DNA from: Ramlibacter sp. | GTDB taxonomy: Bacteria; Pseudomonadota; Gammaproteobacteria; Burkholderiales; Burkholderiaceae_C | DNA length: 64,000 nucleotides | Assembly (NCBI GenBank): GCA_030695945.1 | Contig: JAUYOG010000009.1 | Span: 1,687 to 65,686 of the forward strand | Direction: 5' to 3' | In this document: positions 10,579 through 22,542 of the stretch, in pieces | Layout: every line of letters begins with the position of its first letter | Position numbering within the stretch: the stretch's first letter is position 1 | Notes under the pieces: generated by a model | Seen by the model: only the letters and a program-made list of their open reading frames with translations | Database searches by the model: none | What the model was told of the DNA's origin: nothing | Made by a program: the position numbers and the translations under genes

Positions 10579-11790
10579 ATGAGATCCGTCCAATTTCCGA
10601 AATCGCTCTGGCTGGCCGCATCGCTCGCCCTGGGCTGCGCGCTGGCCACGGGCAACGCGGCCGCGCAGTCCGCACCCAAGGAGATCAAGCTCGGGCAGAC
10701 CATGCCCTACAGCGGACCGGCCTCGGCGTACGGCACCATCGGCAAGGTGCACACGGCCTACTTCAAGAAGATCAACGACGAGGGCGGCATCAACGGCCGC
10801 AAGATCAACCTGGTGTCGCTGGACGACGGCTACAGCCCGCCCAAGGCGGTGGAGCAGGTGCGCAAGCTGGTGGAGCAGGAAGACGTGCTGGCGCTGTTCC
10901 AGACGCTGGGTACCCCCAGCAATTCGGCGATCCACAAGTATGTGAACGCCAAGAAGGTCCCGCATCTTTTCGTGGCTACCGGCGCGACCAAGTGGAACGA
11001 TCCCAAGAGCTATCCCTGGACTTTCGGCTTCAACCTGAGCTACCAGACCGAAGGCGAGATCTACGGGCGCTACCTGCTGAAGAACAAGCCGAACGCGAAG
11101 GTCGCGATCCTCTACCAGAACGACGACTACGGCAAGGACCTGCTGGCGGGCGTCAAGAAGGCGCTGTCCGGGCCGAACGCCAAGATGATCGTCGCCGAGG
11201 CCACCTACGAGGTGACGGACCCGACGGTCGATTCGCAGATCCTCACGCTCAAGGCCTCGGGGGCGGACACCTTCATCAACATCACGACGCCGAAGTTCGC
11301 CGCCCAGGCGATCCGCAAGGTCGCCGATTCCGGATGGAAGCCCCTGCACTTGCTGAACAACGTGGGCGCCTCGGTCGGCTCGGTGCTGACACCGGCCGGC
11401 CTGGACAAGTCGATCGACCTGGTCACGGTGCAGTACTACAAGGATGCGACCGACCCGCAGTGGAAGGACGATCCGGCCATGCTCGAGTGGCGCGCCTTCA
11501 TGGCCCGCTACTACCGTGAAGGCAACGTCGAGGATGCCAGCAACATCTACGGCTACATCACCGCACAGCTGATGGTCCAGGTGCTCAAGCAGTGCGGCAA
11601 CGACCTGTCGCGGGAGAACATCAAGAAGCAGGCCGAGAACGTGAAGAACTTCAAGCAGGCACTGCTGCTGCCGGGCATCACCATGAACACCGGCCCGACC
11701 GACCATGCGCCGATCGAGCAGGCGCAGCTGTCGAAGTTCAACGGCAAGCAGTGGGTGCTGTTCGGGGAAGTGCTGGGCGGGGCCCAGTGA
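10579..11790 (+). CDS. ABC transporter substrate-binding protein (Peripla_BP_6 type)
   Basis: Signal peptide, EIKLGQTMPYSGPAS, GGINGRKI...DDGYSP, YQNDDYGKD; AAGGAAG RBS before ATG 10579. Confidence 0.93.
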   Translation: MRSVQFPKSLWLAASLALGCALATGNAAAQSAPKEIKLGQTMPYSGPASAYGTIGKVHTAYFKKINDEGGINGRKINLVSLDDGYSPPKAVEQVRKLVEQEDVLALFQTLGTPSNSAIHKYVNAKKVPHLFVATGATKWNDPKSYPWTFGFNLSYQTEGEIYGRYLLKNKPNAKVAILYQNDDYGKDLLAGVKKALSGPNAKMIVAEATYEVTDPTVDSQILTLKASGADTFINITTPKFAAQAIRKVADSGWKPLHLLNNVGASVGSVLTPAGLDKSIDLVTVQYYKDATDPQWKDDPAMLEWRAFMARYYREGNVEDASNIYGYITAQLMVQVLKQCGNDLSRENIKKQAENVKNFKQALLLPGITMNTGPTDHAPIEQAQLSKFNGKQWVLFGEVLGGAQ

Positions 11791-11800
11791 CGCGCATGCC

Positions 11801-13903
11801 TCAGCGGCTTGCCGCCGGGGCGGTCGCGGACGCCGGCCGGGCTGCAACGCCCGAGGCCGGCACCGCGGTCGGAACGGTCGCGGCCACCGGCACCGCCGCC
11901 ACGGCGGCCGATGCGGCCGAGGCCGCCGGCGCCGCCGGCGCAATGACGCCCGGCGTCGTCCAGGGCACTTCGGCCACGGGGCGCTGCTTGCCGATGGGCG
12001 TGGTGGCCTTGCCCAGCTTGACGGCGGCGATGTCTTCCTCGCTGGGGTACAGGCCGAGCAGCCAGTAGTCGATGGCGCGCCGCGCGATCGGTGCGGAGTT
12101 CTGCGCGCCGAAGCCGGCGTTTTCCACGATCATCGCCACGGCGATCTTCGGGTCGTCCGCGGGCGCGTAGGCGATGAACAGCGCATGGTCGCGATGCCGC
12201 TCGTCGATCTGGGAGGCGTTGTATTTCTCGCCCTGCTTGATGGCGATCACCTGCGCCGTCCCCGTCTTGCCGCCGCTGGTGTAGGGCGCCTTGAGGAACG
12301 ACCGGGCCGAGGTGCCCTCGAGGTTCACGCCCACCAGCGCATTGCGGATGATGGCGATATTCTCCGGCTTGGCGACGCGCTCCCCGATCGTCTGGTGCAC
12401 CGCCGTGGCCGCAGCCGCATGCGTCTGTACGTCCAGCACCTTCTGCACCAGGTGGGGCTTCATCTTCACGCCATTGTTGGCCACCGTGCCGGTCGCCAGC
12501 GCCAACTGCAGCATGGTGAAGTTGTTGTAACCCTGGCCGATGCCCAGCGAGATCGTCTCGCCCGCATACCATTTCTGCTGTTCGGGCTTGCGGTACGCCG
12601 CGCGTTTCCAGCGGGTGGACGGCAGCAGTCCCCGCGATTCACCCTGGATGTCGATGCCCGTCAACTCCCCGAAGCCGTAGCGGCCGAGCATGTCGTGCAT
12701 CAGGTCCACGCCCATGTCGTTGGCCAGCACGTAGTAGTAGGTGTCGCAGGAATGCACGATCGACTTGTACATGTCCACGACGCCGTGGCCGCCCTCCTTG
12801 TCATCCCGGAAGCGGTGGCCGCCGAACATGAAGAAGCCCGGGTCCGAGATCGCCTGCTGCGGCGTGCGCTTGCCGGTCTCCAGCGCGGCCAGCGCCATGA
12901 AGGGCTTGTAGGTCGAGCCGGGCGCGTAGGTGCCCCGCAGCGCGCGGTTGAGCAGCGGCTTGTCCAGGGATTCGTTGAGCGCCACCCAGTTCTCGGTGTC
13001 TATGCCGTCCACGAACAGGTTGGGGTCGAACGTCGGCTTGCTGACGAAAGCCAGCACCTCGCCGGTTTTCGGGTCCAGGGCCACCATGGCGCCGCGGCGG
13101 TCGCCGTACAGGTCCTCGACGAGTTTCTGCAACTTGATGTCGATGGACATCACCACCGTGTTGCCGGGTGTCGCCGGGTTGCTGGCCAGCTTGCGCACGG
13201 CCCGCCCGCCGGCCGAGGTCTCGACCTGCTCCACCCCCGTGATGCCATGCAGCTGGTCCTCGTAGCTCTGTTCGATGCCCAGCTTGCCGATGTATTCCGT
13301 GCCCCGGTAGTTGGCCTGCTTGTCCTCGGGCCAGTCCTCCATCAGCTTCTTCTCGGACTGGTTCACCCGCCCGATGTAGCCGATCACGTGGCTGGCCAGT
13401 TCGCCGTACGGGTAGCTGCGGAACAGCCGTGCCTTGATGTCGACGCCCGGGAAGCGGTAGCTCTGGGCGGCGAAGCGCGCCACCTCCTCGTCGGTGAGGC
13501 GGGTGCGGATGGGCAGCGACTCGAAGCTCTTGGATTCCTCCAGCAGCTTCTTGAACCGGCGCTTGTCGCGCGGCTGGATCTCGATCACCTGCGACAGCGC
13601 CTCGATCGTCTTGTCCAGGCTGGCCGTGAGGCGCGACGGCATGATCTCCAGCGTGTAGGCCGAGTAGTTGGTGGCCAGCACGATGCCGTTGCGGTCCAGG
13701 ATCAGGCCCCGGTTGGGGACGACGGGCACGATCGAGGTGCGGTTGCTCTCGGCCTGCTCGCTCAGGTCGGCGTGCCGCGCCACCTGCAGGTACACCAGCC
13801 GGCTGGCCAGCAGGAGGAAAGCCACCAGCACGACGATGCTGGCGATGAAGACGCGCACGCGAAAACGGGAGAGATCGGCTTCGACGTTGCGCAGTTCGGT
13901 CAT
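11801..13903 (-). CDS. mrdA: Penicillin-binding protein 2
   Basis: PNRGLILDRNG, APGSTYK (SxxK), SCDTYYY, GKTGTAQ; follows mreD. Confidence 0.96.
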   Translation of the reverse strand: MTELRNVEADLSRFRVRVFIASIVVLVAFLLLASRLVYLQVARHADLSEQAESNRTSIVPVVPNRGLILDRNGIVLATNYSAYTLEIMPSRLTASLDKTIEALSQVIEIQPRDKRRFKKLLEESKSFESLPIRTRLTDEEVARFAAQSYRFPGVDIKARLFRSYPYGELASHVIGYIGRVNQSEKKLMEDWPEDKQANYRGTEYIGKLGIEQSYEDQLHGITGVEQVETSAGGRAVRKLASNPATPGNTVVMSIDIKLQKLVEDLYGDRRGAMVALDPKTGEVLAFVSKPTFDPNLFVDGIDTENWVALNESLDKPLLNRALRGTYAPGSTYKPFMALAALETGKRTPQQAISDPGFFMFGGHRFRDDKEGGHGVVDMYKSIVHSCDTYYYVLANDMGVDLMHDMLGRYGFGELTGIDIQGESRGLLPSTRWKRAAYRKPEQQKWYAGETISLGIGQGYNNFTMLQLALATGTVANNGVKMKPHLVQKVLDVQTHAAAATAVHQTIGERVAKPENIAIIRNALVGVNLEGTSARSFLKAPYTSGGKTGTAQVIAIKQGEKYNASQIDERHRDHALFIAYAPADDPKIAVAMIVENAGFGAQNSAPIARRAIDYWLLGLYPSEEDIAAVKLGKATTPIGKQRPVAEVPWTTPGVIAPAAPAASAASAAVAAVPVAATVPTAVPASGVAARPASATAPAASR

Positions 13904-13963
13904 TGCTGCAGGGCTTGCATGGCGGGGGTGGAGAGGGTGCGACTCGGCGGCGCGCGTAAAGTT

Positions 13964-14482
13964 CTACAGCGGGCGGTTGGCGTCGGGGTCGGGCGCGCGC
14001 CGCTGGGGCGCCAGCAGCAGCACGCTGACCACCGGCCACAGCGCCGCCTCGACCAGCGGCGCCAGCAGGATCGTCAACCCGGGGAAAATGCCGCCCGCCA
14101 GCATGCGCACGGCCAGCTCGATCGCGTGGGCGGCGACGAACAGCGGCAGCACCTGCACGGCCTGCGACGGCACGCTGAACCACAGCAGCCGCCTGTGGAT
14201 GGTGATCGCGAAAAAGCTCAGCGCCGTGTACGCCAGCGCGTGCTGCCCCAGCAGCGCCGCCTGGTGCACGTCCATCGCCAGCCCGAAGAAGAAGGCGGCC
14301 CCAATGCCCACGCGCAGCGGCTGGTGCACGCTCCAGAACACCATCACGAGGGCCAGCACGTCGGGCATCCAGGGCACGCGGCCCAGCGGCAGCATGTTGA
14401 CGACCGCCGCGAGCAGCAGGCTGCCCCAGATGAAGAGCGGGTTCGCGGGCAGCAGCAGCTGCTGCCCCGGGCGCATGATCAT
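13964..14482 (-). CDS. mreD: Rod shape-determining protein MreD
   Basis: PDVLALVMVFW..HQP.RVG, GLAMDV...LLGQHALAY; position in mre operon. Confidence 0.95.
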   Translation of the reverse strand: MIMRPGQQLLLPANPLFIWGSLLLAAVVNMLPLGRVPWMPDVLALVMVFWSVHQPLRVGIGAAFFFGLAMDVHQAALLGQHALAYTALSFFAITIHRRLLWFSVPSQAVQVLPLFVAAHAIELAVRMLAGGIFPGLTILLAPLVEAALWPVVSVLLLAPQRRAPDPDANRPL

Positions 14483-14504
14483 TTCAGCGGCCTCATTTCA
14501 GACT

Positions 14505-14578
14505 CCGCCGACCCGCCCCAAGGAGGCTGACGCCCCCTCGGGGGGCAGCAACTAGACGAAGTGAGGCGCGCGGGGGGC
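14505..14578. repeat. Palindromic intergenic element between mreC and mreD
   Basis: CCGCCCCAAGGAGGCTGAC-GCCCCC-TCG-GGGGGC-AGC...GCGGGGGGC; hairpin core. Confidence 0.6.
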
Positions 14579-14579
14579 T

Positions 14580-15494
14580 TCATCTCTTGGATCCCTTCCT
14601 CACCGGGGCGGCGTCTTCGGGCTCCGGGCGGGGCGGCACGTTGGCGGCGCCGGCCTTGAGCACCATCACGTGCCGGGCGCCGTCCACCAGCGCCTGGGGC
14701 GAGCACGTGATCCGCGCGAAGCCGGAATCGGCGCGGCGCTCCACCTTGTCCACGCGCGCCACGGGCAGGCCGGGCGGGTACACGCCGTCCACGCCGCTGG
14801 TCGTGAGCAGGTCGCCGGGCTTCACATCTGCGTTGCCCGCCATGAAACGCAGCTCCAGCGAGCCGGGCGAGGCCGGGTCGCCATAGGCCACGCTGCGCGC
14901 GCCGGTGCGCACGTTCATCACGGGGATGGCTTGGTCCCGGTCCGTCACCAGCGTCACCTCGCTGATCAGGGGATGCACGCGCGTGACCTGTCCCAGCACG
15001 CCGGACTCGTCGATCACGGGCGAGCCGGCTTCGATGCCCTGGGCCAGGCCCTTGTCGATGATCACCTTGCGGGTGTACGGATCGGCCGCGTCATAGAGCA
15101 CCTCCGCGGCGTCGCCGGGGGTCGTGACGCGCTCGCGCAGCGCCAGCAGCTTGCGCAGGCGGTCGTTTTCCAGCGCCAGTTGCTCGACTTGGTTGGCGCG
15201 TTGCGATTGCAGGGCCAGCTTGGCTCGCGCCGCTGCCTCTGAAGACTGGGCGCTGGCCAGGGATTCGAAGTACTGGCCGCCATATCGGAACAGGAACACC
15301 GGGCGCATCGCCAGCCACTGCACGGGGTACAGCACGGTGGCCACCACCGAGCGCACCGGCTGGCCGACGCGAAACCGCGTGTCGGCCACCATCAGGAACA
15401 CCGCGAGGGCGCTGAACACCATGAGCTTGGACAGGGCGGAGGGGCCCTGCTTGAAGAAGGGCGGCGGGTTCCTGTCCAGCGTACCGAGCGGCAT
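14580..15494 (-). CDS. mreC: Rod shape-determining protein MreC
   Basis: Coiled coil LENDRLRKLL, IIDKG, GVLGQV, GDLLTTSGVDGVYPPGLPVA. Confidence 0.96.
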   Translation of the reverse strand: MPLGTLDRNPPPFFKQGPSALSKLMVFSALAVFLMVADTRFRVGQPVRSVVATVLYPVQWLAMRPVFLFRYGGQYFESLASAQSSEAAARAKLALQSQRANQVEQLALENDRLRKLLALRERVTTPGDAAEVLYDAADPYTRKVIIDKGLAQGIEAGSPVIDESGVLGQVTRVHPLISEVTLVTDRDQAIPVMNVRTGARSVAYGDPASPGSLELRFMAGNADVKPGDLLTTSGVDGVYPPGLPVARVDKVERRADSGFARITCSPQALVDGARHVMVLKAGAANVPPRPEPEDAAPVRKGSKR

Positions 15495-15509
15495 CGCTGT
15501 ATCCGAAGA

Positions 15510-16625
<1,116 letters not shown>

Positions 16626-16710
16626 CTAAAGGCGGGATAATACCCGATCCCCTGTGAATAACTGGCCCTTCCCGGGCCAAATTGTCGCGTTTACACCTGT
16701 TTTTCCCGCC

Positions 16711-17010
16711 ATGGCATTGACCCCCCAAGACATCGCCCGGATCGCCAACCTCGCCCGGTTGGAACTGAACCCCTCCGAGAGCGAGCGCATGCTGACCCAG
16801 ATCAATGGTTTCTTCGACATCGTGGAAAAGATGCGGGCTGTGGATACCTCCGGCGTCGAGCCGCTGGCGCACCCGGTGGCCGCCATCCAGGACGTTGCCC
16901 TGCGCCTGCGCGAGGACGTCGCCAGCGAGCCGGACGGCCGGGAGGCGAACCAGCGCAGCGCGCCGGCGGTGGAACGGGGCCTGTTTCTCGTGCCGAAGGT
17001 GATCGAATGA
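16711..17010 (+). CDS. gatC: Asp/Glu-tRNA amidotransferase subunit C
   Basis: IANLARLEL...[12 protein letters not shown]...LREDV...FLVPKVIE. Confidence 0.96.
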   Translation: MALTPQDIARIANLARLELNPSESERMLTQINGFFDIVEKMRAVDTSGVEPLAHPVAAIQDVALRLREDVASEPDGREANQRSAPAVERGLFLVPKVIE

Positions 17011-18470
17011 GCCAGTTGCACGATCTGACAGTGGCCCAACTGGCCGCCAGGCTGGCCTCGAAGGATGTCTCCGCCGTCGAAACCGCCAGGCATTTCCTGG
17101 CACGCGCCAGGGCGCACGAATCGCTGGGCGCCTACCTGGCCACCGACGAAGACGTAACACTTTCCCAGGCGCGGGCCGCCGACGAGCGCATCGCGACCGC
17201 CGACAAGGCCGCCCTGTTGGGCGTGCCCATGGCGCACAAGGACATCTTCGTCACCAAGGACTTTGCCAGCACTGCCGGCTCGAAGATGCTGGAAGGCTAC
17301 CGCTCGCCCTTCGACGCCACGGTCGTGTGCAAGCTCGCCGCGGCCGGCGTCGTCACGCTGGGCAAGCTCAATTGCGACGAGTTCGCGATGGGCTCCTCCA
17401 ACGAAAACTCCGCCTTCCACCCCGTGAAGAACCCCTGGGATACGTCGCGCATCCCGGGCGGCTCGTCGGGCGGCAGCGCGGTGGCCGTGGCAGCACGCCT
17501 CGCACCCGCCGCGACGGGCACCGACACCGGCGGCTCGATCCGCCAGCCGGCGTCGTTCTGCGGCATCACGGGCATCAAGCCGACCTATGGCCGCGCATCG
17601 CGCTACGGCATGATCGCGTTCGCCTCCAGCCTCGACCAGGCCGGGCCGATGGCGCGCACCGCCGAGGACTGCGCGCTGCTGCTCTCGGCCATGTGCGGCC
17701 CGGACCCGGACCGCGATTCGACCTCGCTCGACGTGCCGGCCGAGGACTTCACGAAATCGCTGGATGCATCGATCGAAGGCCTGCGCATCGGCGTGCCGAA
17801 GGAGTTCTTCGGCGAGGGACTGTCGAACGATGTCCGTTCCACGATCGACGCCGCGCTCAAGGAATACGAAAAGCTCGGCGCGAAACTGGTCGAGGTCTCG
17901 CTGCCGCGCACCGAGCTCGCGATCCCCGTCTACTACATCATCGCGCCGGCGGAAGCGTCGTCCAACCTGTCGCGCTTCGACGGCGTGAAGTTCGGGCATC
18001 GCGCAAAGCAGTACGGCGACCTGCTGGAGATGTACAGGAAGACGCGAGCCGAGGGCTTTGGCGACGAAGTCAAGCGCCGCATCATGATCGGCACCTACGT
18101 GCTCTCGCACGGCTACTACGACGCCTACTACCTGCAGGCGCAGAAGATCCGCCGCATGATCGCCGACGACTTCCAGCAGGCTTTCCGGCAGTGCGATGTC
18201 ATCGCAGGCCCGGTCGCGCCGACGGTGGCGTGGAAGCTCGGCGAGCACGGCAACGATCCGCTGGCCGACTACCTGGCCGACGTCTTCACGCTGCCGGGTT
18301 CGCTCGCGGGCCTGCCGGGCATGAGCATCCCCTGCGGATTCGGCGCCGGCCACATGCCCGTGGGATTGCAGCTGCTTGGCAACTACTTCGCCGAGGCCAA
18401 GCTGCTGAACGCCGCGCATCGCTTCCAGCAGGCCACCGATTTCCATCTCCGCAAGCCGGAGGGTTATTGA
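17007..18470 (+). CDS. gatA: Asp/Glu-tRNA amidotransferase subunit A
   Basis: Amidase signature [36 protein letters not shown]. Confidence 0.98.
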   Translation: MSQLHDLTVAQLAARLASKDVSAVETARHFLARARAHESLGAYLATDEDVTLSQARAADERIATADKAALLGVPMAHKDIFVTKDFASTAGSKMLEGYRSPFDATVVCKLAAAGVVTLGKLNCDEFAMGSSNENSAFHPVKNPWDTSRIPGGSSGGSAVAVAARLAPAATGTDTGGSIRQPASFCGITGIKPTYGRASRYGMIAFASSLDQAGPMARTAEDCALLLSAMCGPDPDRDSTSLDVPAEDFTKSLDASIEGLRIGVPKEFFGEGLSNDVRSTIDAALKEYEKLGAKLVEVSLPRTELAIPVYYIIAPAEASSNLSRFDGVKFGHRAKQYGDLLEMYRKTRAEGFGDEVKRRIMIGTYVLSHGYYDAYYLQAQKIRRMIADDFQQAFRQCDVIAGPVAPTVAWKLGEHGNDPLADYLADVFTLPGSLAGLPGMSIPCGFGAGHMPVGLQLLGNYFAEAKLLNAAHRFQQATDFHLRKPEGY

Positions 18471-18471
18471 A

Positions 18472-19941
18472 ATGACTGCGAAACTCATTCAGGGTTACGA
18501 GGTCGTGATCGGCTTCGAAACGCACGCACAGCTGTCCACGCAATCGAAGATCTTCAGCCGCGCACCCACGGCGTTCGGCGCCGAACCGAACACCCAGGCC
18601 TGCCCGGTGGACCTCGCTTTGCCTGGAACGCTGCCGGTGATGAACAAGGGCGCCGTCGAGCGCGCCATCGAGTTCGGCCTCGCGGTGAACGCGACGATAG
18701 CGCCGCGCAGCATCTTCGCGCGCAAGAACTACTTCTACCCGGACCTGCCCAAGGGCTACCAGATCAGCCAGTACGAGATCCCGGTGGTGCAGGGCGGCGT
18801 CGTGGAGTTCTACCTCGAGACCGGCAAAGGCGCCGACGCGGCGCGGGAGAAGAAGTCCGTGCGCCTGGTGCGCGCGCACCTCGAGGAAGACGCCGGCAAG
18901 TCGCTGCACGAGGATTTCGTCGGCCAGTCGGGCATCGACCTGAATCGCGCCGGCACCCCGCTGCTGGAGATCGTGACGGAGCCGGACATGCGCTCGTCCG
19001 ACGAGGCGGTGGCGTATGCGAAGGAACTGCACAAGATCGTCACGTGGATCGGCATCTGCGACGGCAACATGCAGGAAGGCAGCTTCCGGTGTGACGCCAA
19101 CGTGTCGGTGCGCAAGCCCGGCGGGCCGCTCGGCACGCGCCGCGAGATCAAGAACCTGAACAGTTTCAAGTTCATGCAGCAGGCGATCGATTTCGAGATC
19201 CGCTGGCAGATCGAGGAGATCGAGGACGGCCGCGCGATCCAGCAGGCCACGGTGCTGTTCGACCCGGACACCGGCGAGACGCGCGCCATGCGCACCAAGG
19301 AAGACGCCGCCGATTACCGCTACTTCCCGGATCCGGACCTGCCGCCGCTGGTGGTCGCGCCCGAATGGGTCGAGCGCGTGCGCTCCGAGATGGCGGAGCT
19401 GCCGCGGGTGATGGCCGCGCGCTTCGTCAGGGACTACGGCCTGCCGGAGTACGACGCCACGACCCTCACGCAGAGCAAGGCGATGGCGGCCTATTTCGAG
19501 GAGGCCGCGAAGGCCAGCGGCCAGCCCAAGCTGGCGAGCAACTGGATCATGGGCGAGCTGTCGCGGCGCATCAATGCGGGGGAGATCACGATCGACCGGG
19601 CGCCTGTTGGCCCTGACAAGCTGGCGACGCTGATCGGCCGGATCAACGACGGCACCATTTCCAACAACGCGGCCCGGCAGGTGTTCGACGCGCTGTGGGG
19701 CGGCGAGGGCACGGAGGTGGACGCCATCATCGACGCCCAGGGCCTGCGGCAAATGAACGATGCCGGCGCACTGGAAAAGATCATCGACGAGGTGATCGCC
19801 GCCAACCCCGACAACGTCGCGCAGTTCAAGGCGGGCAAGGACAAGGCGTTCAACGCGCTGGTCGGCCAGGCGATGAAGGCCAGCAAGGGCAAGGCCAATC
19901 CCGCGCAGGTCAACGAGCTGCTGAAGAAGAAGTTGGGCTAG
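18472..19941 (+). CDS. gatB: Asp/Glu-tRNA amidotransferase subunit B
   Basis: [41 protein letters not shown]. Confidence 0.98.
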   Translation: MTAKLIQGYEVVIGFETHAQLSTQSKIFSRAPTAFGAEPNTQACPVDLALPGTLPVMNKGAVERAIEFGLAVNATIAPRSIFARKNYFYPDLPKGYQISQYEIPVVQGGVVEFYLETGKGADAAREKKSVRLVRAHLEEDAGKSLHEDFVGQSGIDLNRAGTPLLEIVTEPDMRSSDEAVAYAKELHKIVTWIGICDGNMQEGSFRCDANVSVRKPGGPLGTRREIKNLNSFKFMQQAIDFEIRWQIEEIEDGRAIQQATVLFDPDTGETRAMRTKEDAADYRYFPDPDLPPLVVAPEWVERVRSEMAELPRVMAARFVRDYGLPEYDATTLTQSKAMAAYFEEAAKASGQPKLASNWIMGELSRRINAGEITIDRAPVGPDKLATLIGRINDGTISNNAARQVFDALWGGEGTEVDAIIDAQGLRQMNDAGALEKIIDEVIAANPDNVAQFKAGKDKAFNALVGQAMKASKGKANPAQVNELLKKKLG

Positions 19942-20593
19942 GGGCCCGTGCCGCTGCCGCGGCGGGCGCCCCCCGCTGCGCCCACAGCGCCTTGAGCTTG
20001 GCCAGCTCCTCGTCGAAGCGCGCGTTGATGCGCTTTTTCTCGTTGTCCTGGTTGGCGATGAAGCGCTCCTGCGCTTCCGTGTGGTGCTGGTTTTCCTCGA
20101 CCTGGCGTTTCAGCTGGGCCGGCACCTTGGACGGGTCGCCCTTGTAGAACTCCAGTTCGACGCTCAGCTTCTTTCGCTGCGCCGCCAGGTCGCCGGTGTT
20201 CTTGCGGGCCGCGGCGATGGCGTTGTCCGCAAGCACCAGCGCGGTGGCGCGCTCCTTGTCATGGGCCGCCCTGTCCGGGTAGCGCGTGAGCAGCGCGAGT
20301 TCACGCTTCTTTTCCTCGGCCAGTCGGCTGCGTTCCTCGGCCGCCTTGCGCGCCTTCTCCTCCTCGGCGGCGCGCTCCTGGGCGGTGAGCACGGGGCCGA
20401 TCTTGCGCTTGACGGTGCCGCTCGGGGTGAGCTCCCTCTGCTCGCGGTCGATGCATTCGGGGATGGGCCTGTCGGCCGTCAGGCGGCGGCCCTTGGCGTC
20501 CACGCAGGTGTAGATGGCCTGTGCGCAGGCTGGCGCGAGCAATCCGCCCCACATCAAACCCGCAGCGATGTTCCGTCCCAACGAACCCGGCAC
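19910..20593 (-). CDS. DUF4124-like secreted protein
   Basis: Signal peptide then [17 protein letters not shown], coiled coil, LLTRYP; start uncertain. Confidence 0.8.
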   Translation of the reverse strand: MPGSLGRNIAAGLMWGGLLAPACAQAIYTCVDAKGRRLTADRPIPECIDREQRELTPSGTVKRKIGPVLTAQERAAEEEKARKAAEERSRLAEEKKRELALLTRYPDRAAHDKERATALVLADNAIAAARKNTGDLAAQRKKLSVELEFYKGDPSKVPAQLKRQVEENQHHTEAQERFIANQDNEKKRINARFDEELAKLKALWAQRGAPAAAAARAPSPTSSSAAR

Positions 20594-20602
20594 GTTGCGT
20601 CC

Positions 20603-21286
20603 TTATTCGACCCCGTAGCGGCGCCGGTATTCGAGCACCTGCTCATGGTGCGCACCCAGGCTGTCGCCACTGTGTTGTTCGAGATACTGGAGCAAATCGG
20701 CAAGCCGCGCAATCGCGCATACCTTGAGCCCCAGCTGGTCGCGGACGTACTGCACGGCGCTGTGGTCGACGTCCCGCCCGCCTTCGGTGGCCTTCTCCTG
20801 CCGGTCCAGGGCGATCGCCACCGCATGAGGCGTGGCGCCCGCGGCCTGGATGATCGCGATCGATTCGCGCGCCGCCGTCCCCGCCGACATCACGTCGTCC
20901 ACGATCAGCACCTTGCCCTTGACAGGGGCGCCGACCAGCATCCCGCCCTCGCCATGGTCCTTGGCTTCCTTGCGGTTGTAAGCGTACGGCACGTTTCGCC
21001 CCAGGCGCGCCAGTTCGATCGCGACGGCGGCCGCCAGGGGGATGCCCTTGTACGCCGGCCCGAAGATCATGTCGAACTCGATGCCCGAAGCCAGGATGCG
21101 TTGTGCATAGAATTGCGCGAGCCGCCCGAGCTTGGCGCCGTCGTCGAACAGGCCGGCGTTGAAGAAGTACGGCGACATGCGGCCCGCCTTGGTCTTGAAC
21201 CGGCCGAAGCGCAGCACGCCCGAATCCACCGAGAACTGCACGAAATCCTGGGCCAGCCTGTCCTGGTCCGCCTCTTTGACCGTCAT
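20603..21286 (-). CDS. pyrE: Orotate phosphoribosyltransferase
   Basis: FKTKAGRMSPYFFNAG, FGPAYKGIP, NRKEAKDHGEGG, LIVDDVMSAGTA. Confidence 0.97.
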   Translation of the reverse strand: MTVKEADQDRLAQDFVQFSVDSGVLRFGRFKTKAGRMSPYFFNAGLFDDGAKLGRLAQFYAQRILASGIEFDMIFGPAYKGIPLAAAVAIELARLGRNVPYAYNRKEAKDHGEGGMLVGAPVKGKVLIVDDVMSAGTAARESIAIIQAAGATPHAVAIALDRQEKATEGGRDVDHSAVQYVRDQLGLKVCAIARLADLLQYLEQHSGDSLGAHHEQVLEYRRRYGVE

Positions 21287-21296
21287 GGGGAAATCC

Positions 21297-22088
21297 TTGT
21301 TCCGTCTCACCAGCCTCAACTTGAACGGCATCCGCTCGGCCGCAACGAAGGGCGTGGAAGCCTGGGTTGCAAAAACCAAGCCGGATTGTATTTGCCTGCA
21401 GGAGGTGAAGGCCCAGGCCGCCGACGTGCAGGGGCGGTTCGAGGAAATGGCGGGCCTGAAGGGGCACTTCCATTTCGCCGAGAAAAAGGGTTACTCCGGC
21501 GTCGCGGCGTACACCCGGCATGCTCCCAGCGACGTCGTGATCGGCTACGGCTCGCCCGAGTTCGACGCCGAGGGGCGTTACGTGGAACTGCGCTTCGACA
21601 CGCCCCGGCGCAAGTTCTCGCTGATCAGCTGCTATTTCCCGAGCGGATCCTCCGGCGAGGAGCGGCAACGGGCCAAGTTCCGCTTCCTCGCGGAGCTCGA
21701 CCCCCACCTGTCGCGCCTGAAGGGCGATCGCGAGTTCATCCTGTGCGGCGACGTGAACATCGCCCACAAGGAGCAGGACCTGAAGAACTGGCGCAGCAAC
21801 CGCCAGAACAGCGGCTTCCTGCCCGAAGAGCGGGCGTGGATGACAAAGTTGTTGGACCAAACGGGCCTGGTGGACGTGTACCGCCACCTGAAGCCCGACA
21901 CCACCGAGGAGTGCTACACGTGGTGGAGCAACCGCGGCCAGGCCTACATGAACAACGTGGGTTGGCGGCTGGACTACCACCTCGCGACGCCCGAGGTCGC
22001 CCGGCTGGCGCGCAGGGAATCGATCTACAAGACGGAGAAGTTCTCCGACCATGCGCCGATCACGGTGGAGTACGAGATGACGCTCTGA
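21297..22088 (+). CDS. xth: Exodeoxyribonuclease III
   Basis: NLNGIRS, CLQEVK, KKGYSGV, GDVNIAH, GWRLDY, SDHAP; start TTG 21297 or ATG 21285. Confidence 0.95.
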   Translation: MFRLTSLNLNGIRSAATKGVEAWVAKTKPDCICLQEVKAQAADVQGRFEEMAGLKGHFHFAEKKGYSGVAAYTRHAPSDVVIGYGSPEFDAEGRYVELRFDTPRRKFSLISCYFPSGSSGEERQRAKFRFLAELDPHLSRLKGDREFILCGDVNIAHKEQDLKNWRSNRQNSGFLPEERAWMTKLLDQTGLVDVYRHLKPDTTEECYTWWSNRGQAYMNNVGWRLDYHLATPEVARLARRESIYKTEKFSDHAPITVEYEMTL

Positions 22089-22116
22089 CGGGGCGTGACA
22101 AATTGAACACTAGCCC

Positions 22117-22542
22117 CTACAACTTGCGCAGCACGAACGGATAGGGCCGCGGCGGGTCCTTCTCTTCCTGCCAGGTGCCGCGGATCACGCGGCCACACGA
22201 GCCTTCGGCGACTTCGCCGGTCCACACCCCGCTGATGTGGGTGCCGTCGGCCGACTCCTCCATCATGAATTCGCCCGCGTCCAGCTCGCCCGCGAGCAGC
22301 GACCGCTCGCCGTTGCGGTTGATCATGCCGCTGACGCGGCCCTCATCCTCCGGATGGCGTTCCATCAGCACGGTGGCTCCGCGCGGCAGCCCCTCGAACT
22401 CGGCGCGCCACAGGCCCAGGAGATGCCGCTGCGTGACTTCCGCGCCTTTCGGGCAATCCGCTCCCGCGCCGCCCCCTTGGGCGTGCGCCAAGGCGCAGCC
22501 CGCCGCCAGCGCCGCCGACAGCAGCGCGTGCCGAGCCTTCAT
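22117..22542 (-). CDS. Secreted hypothetical protein
   Basis: Signal peptide (ALAHA), beta-rich small domain; ATG overlaps helicase stop. Confidence 0.7.
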   Translation of the reverse strand: MKARHALLSAALAAGCALAHAQGGGAGADCPKGAEVTQRHLLGLWRAEFEGLPRGATVLMERHPEDEGRVSGMINRNGERSLLAGELDAGEFMMEESADGTHISGVWTGEVAEGSCGRVIRGTWQEEKDPPRPYPFVLRKL

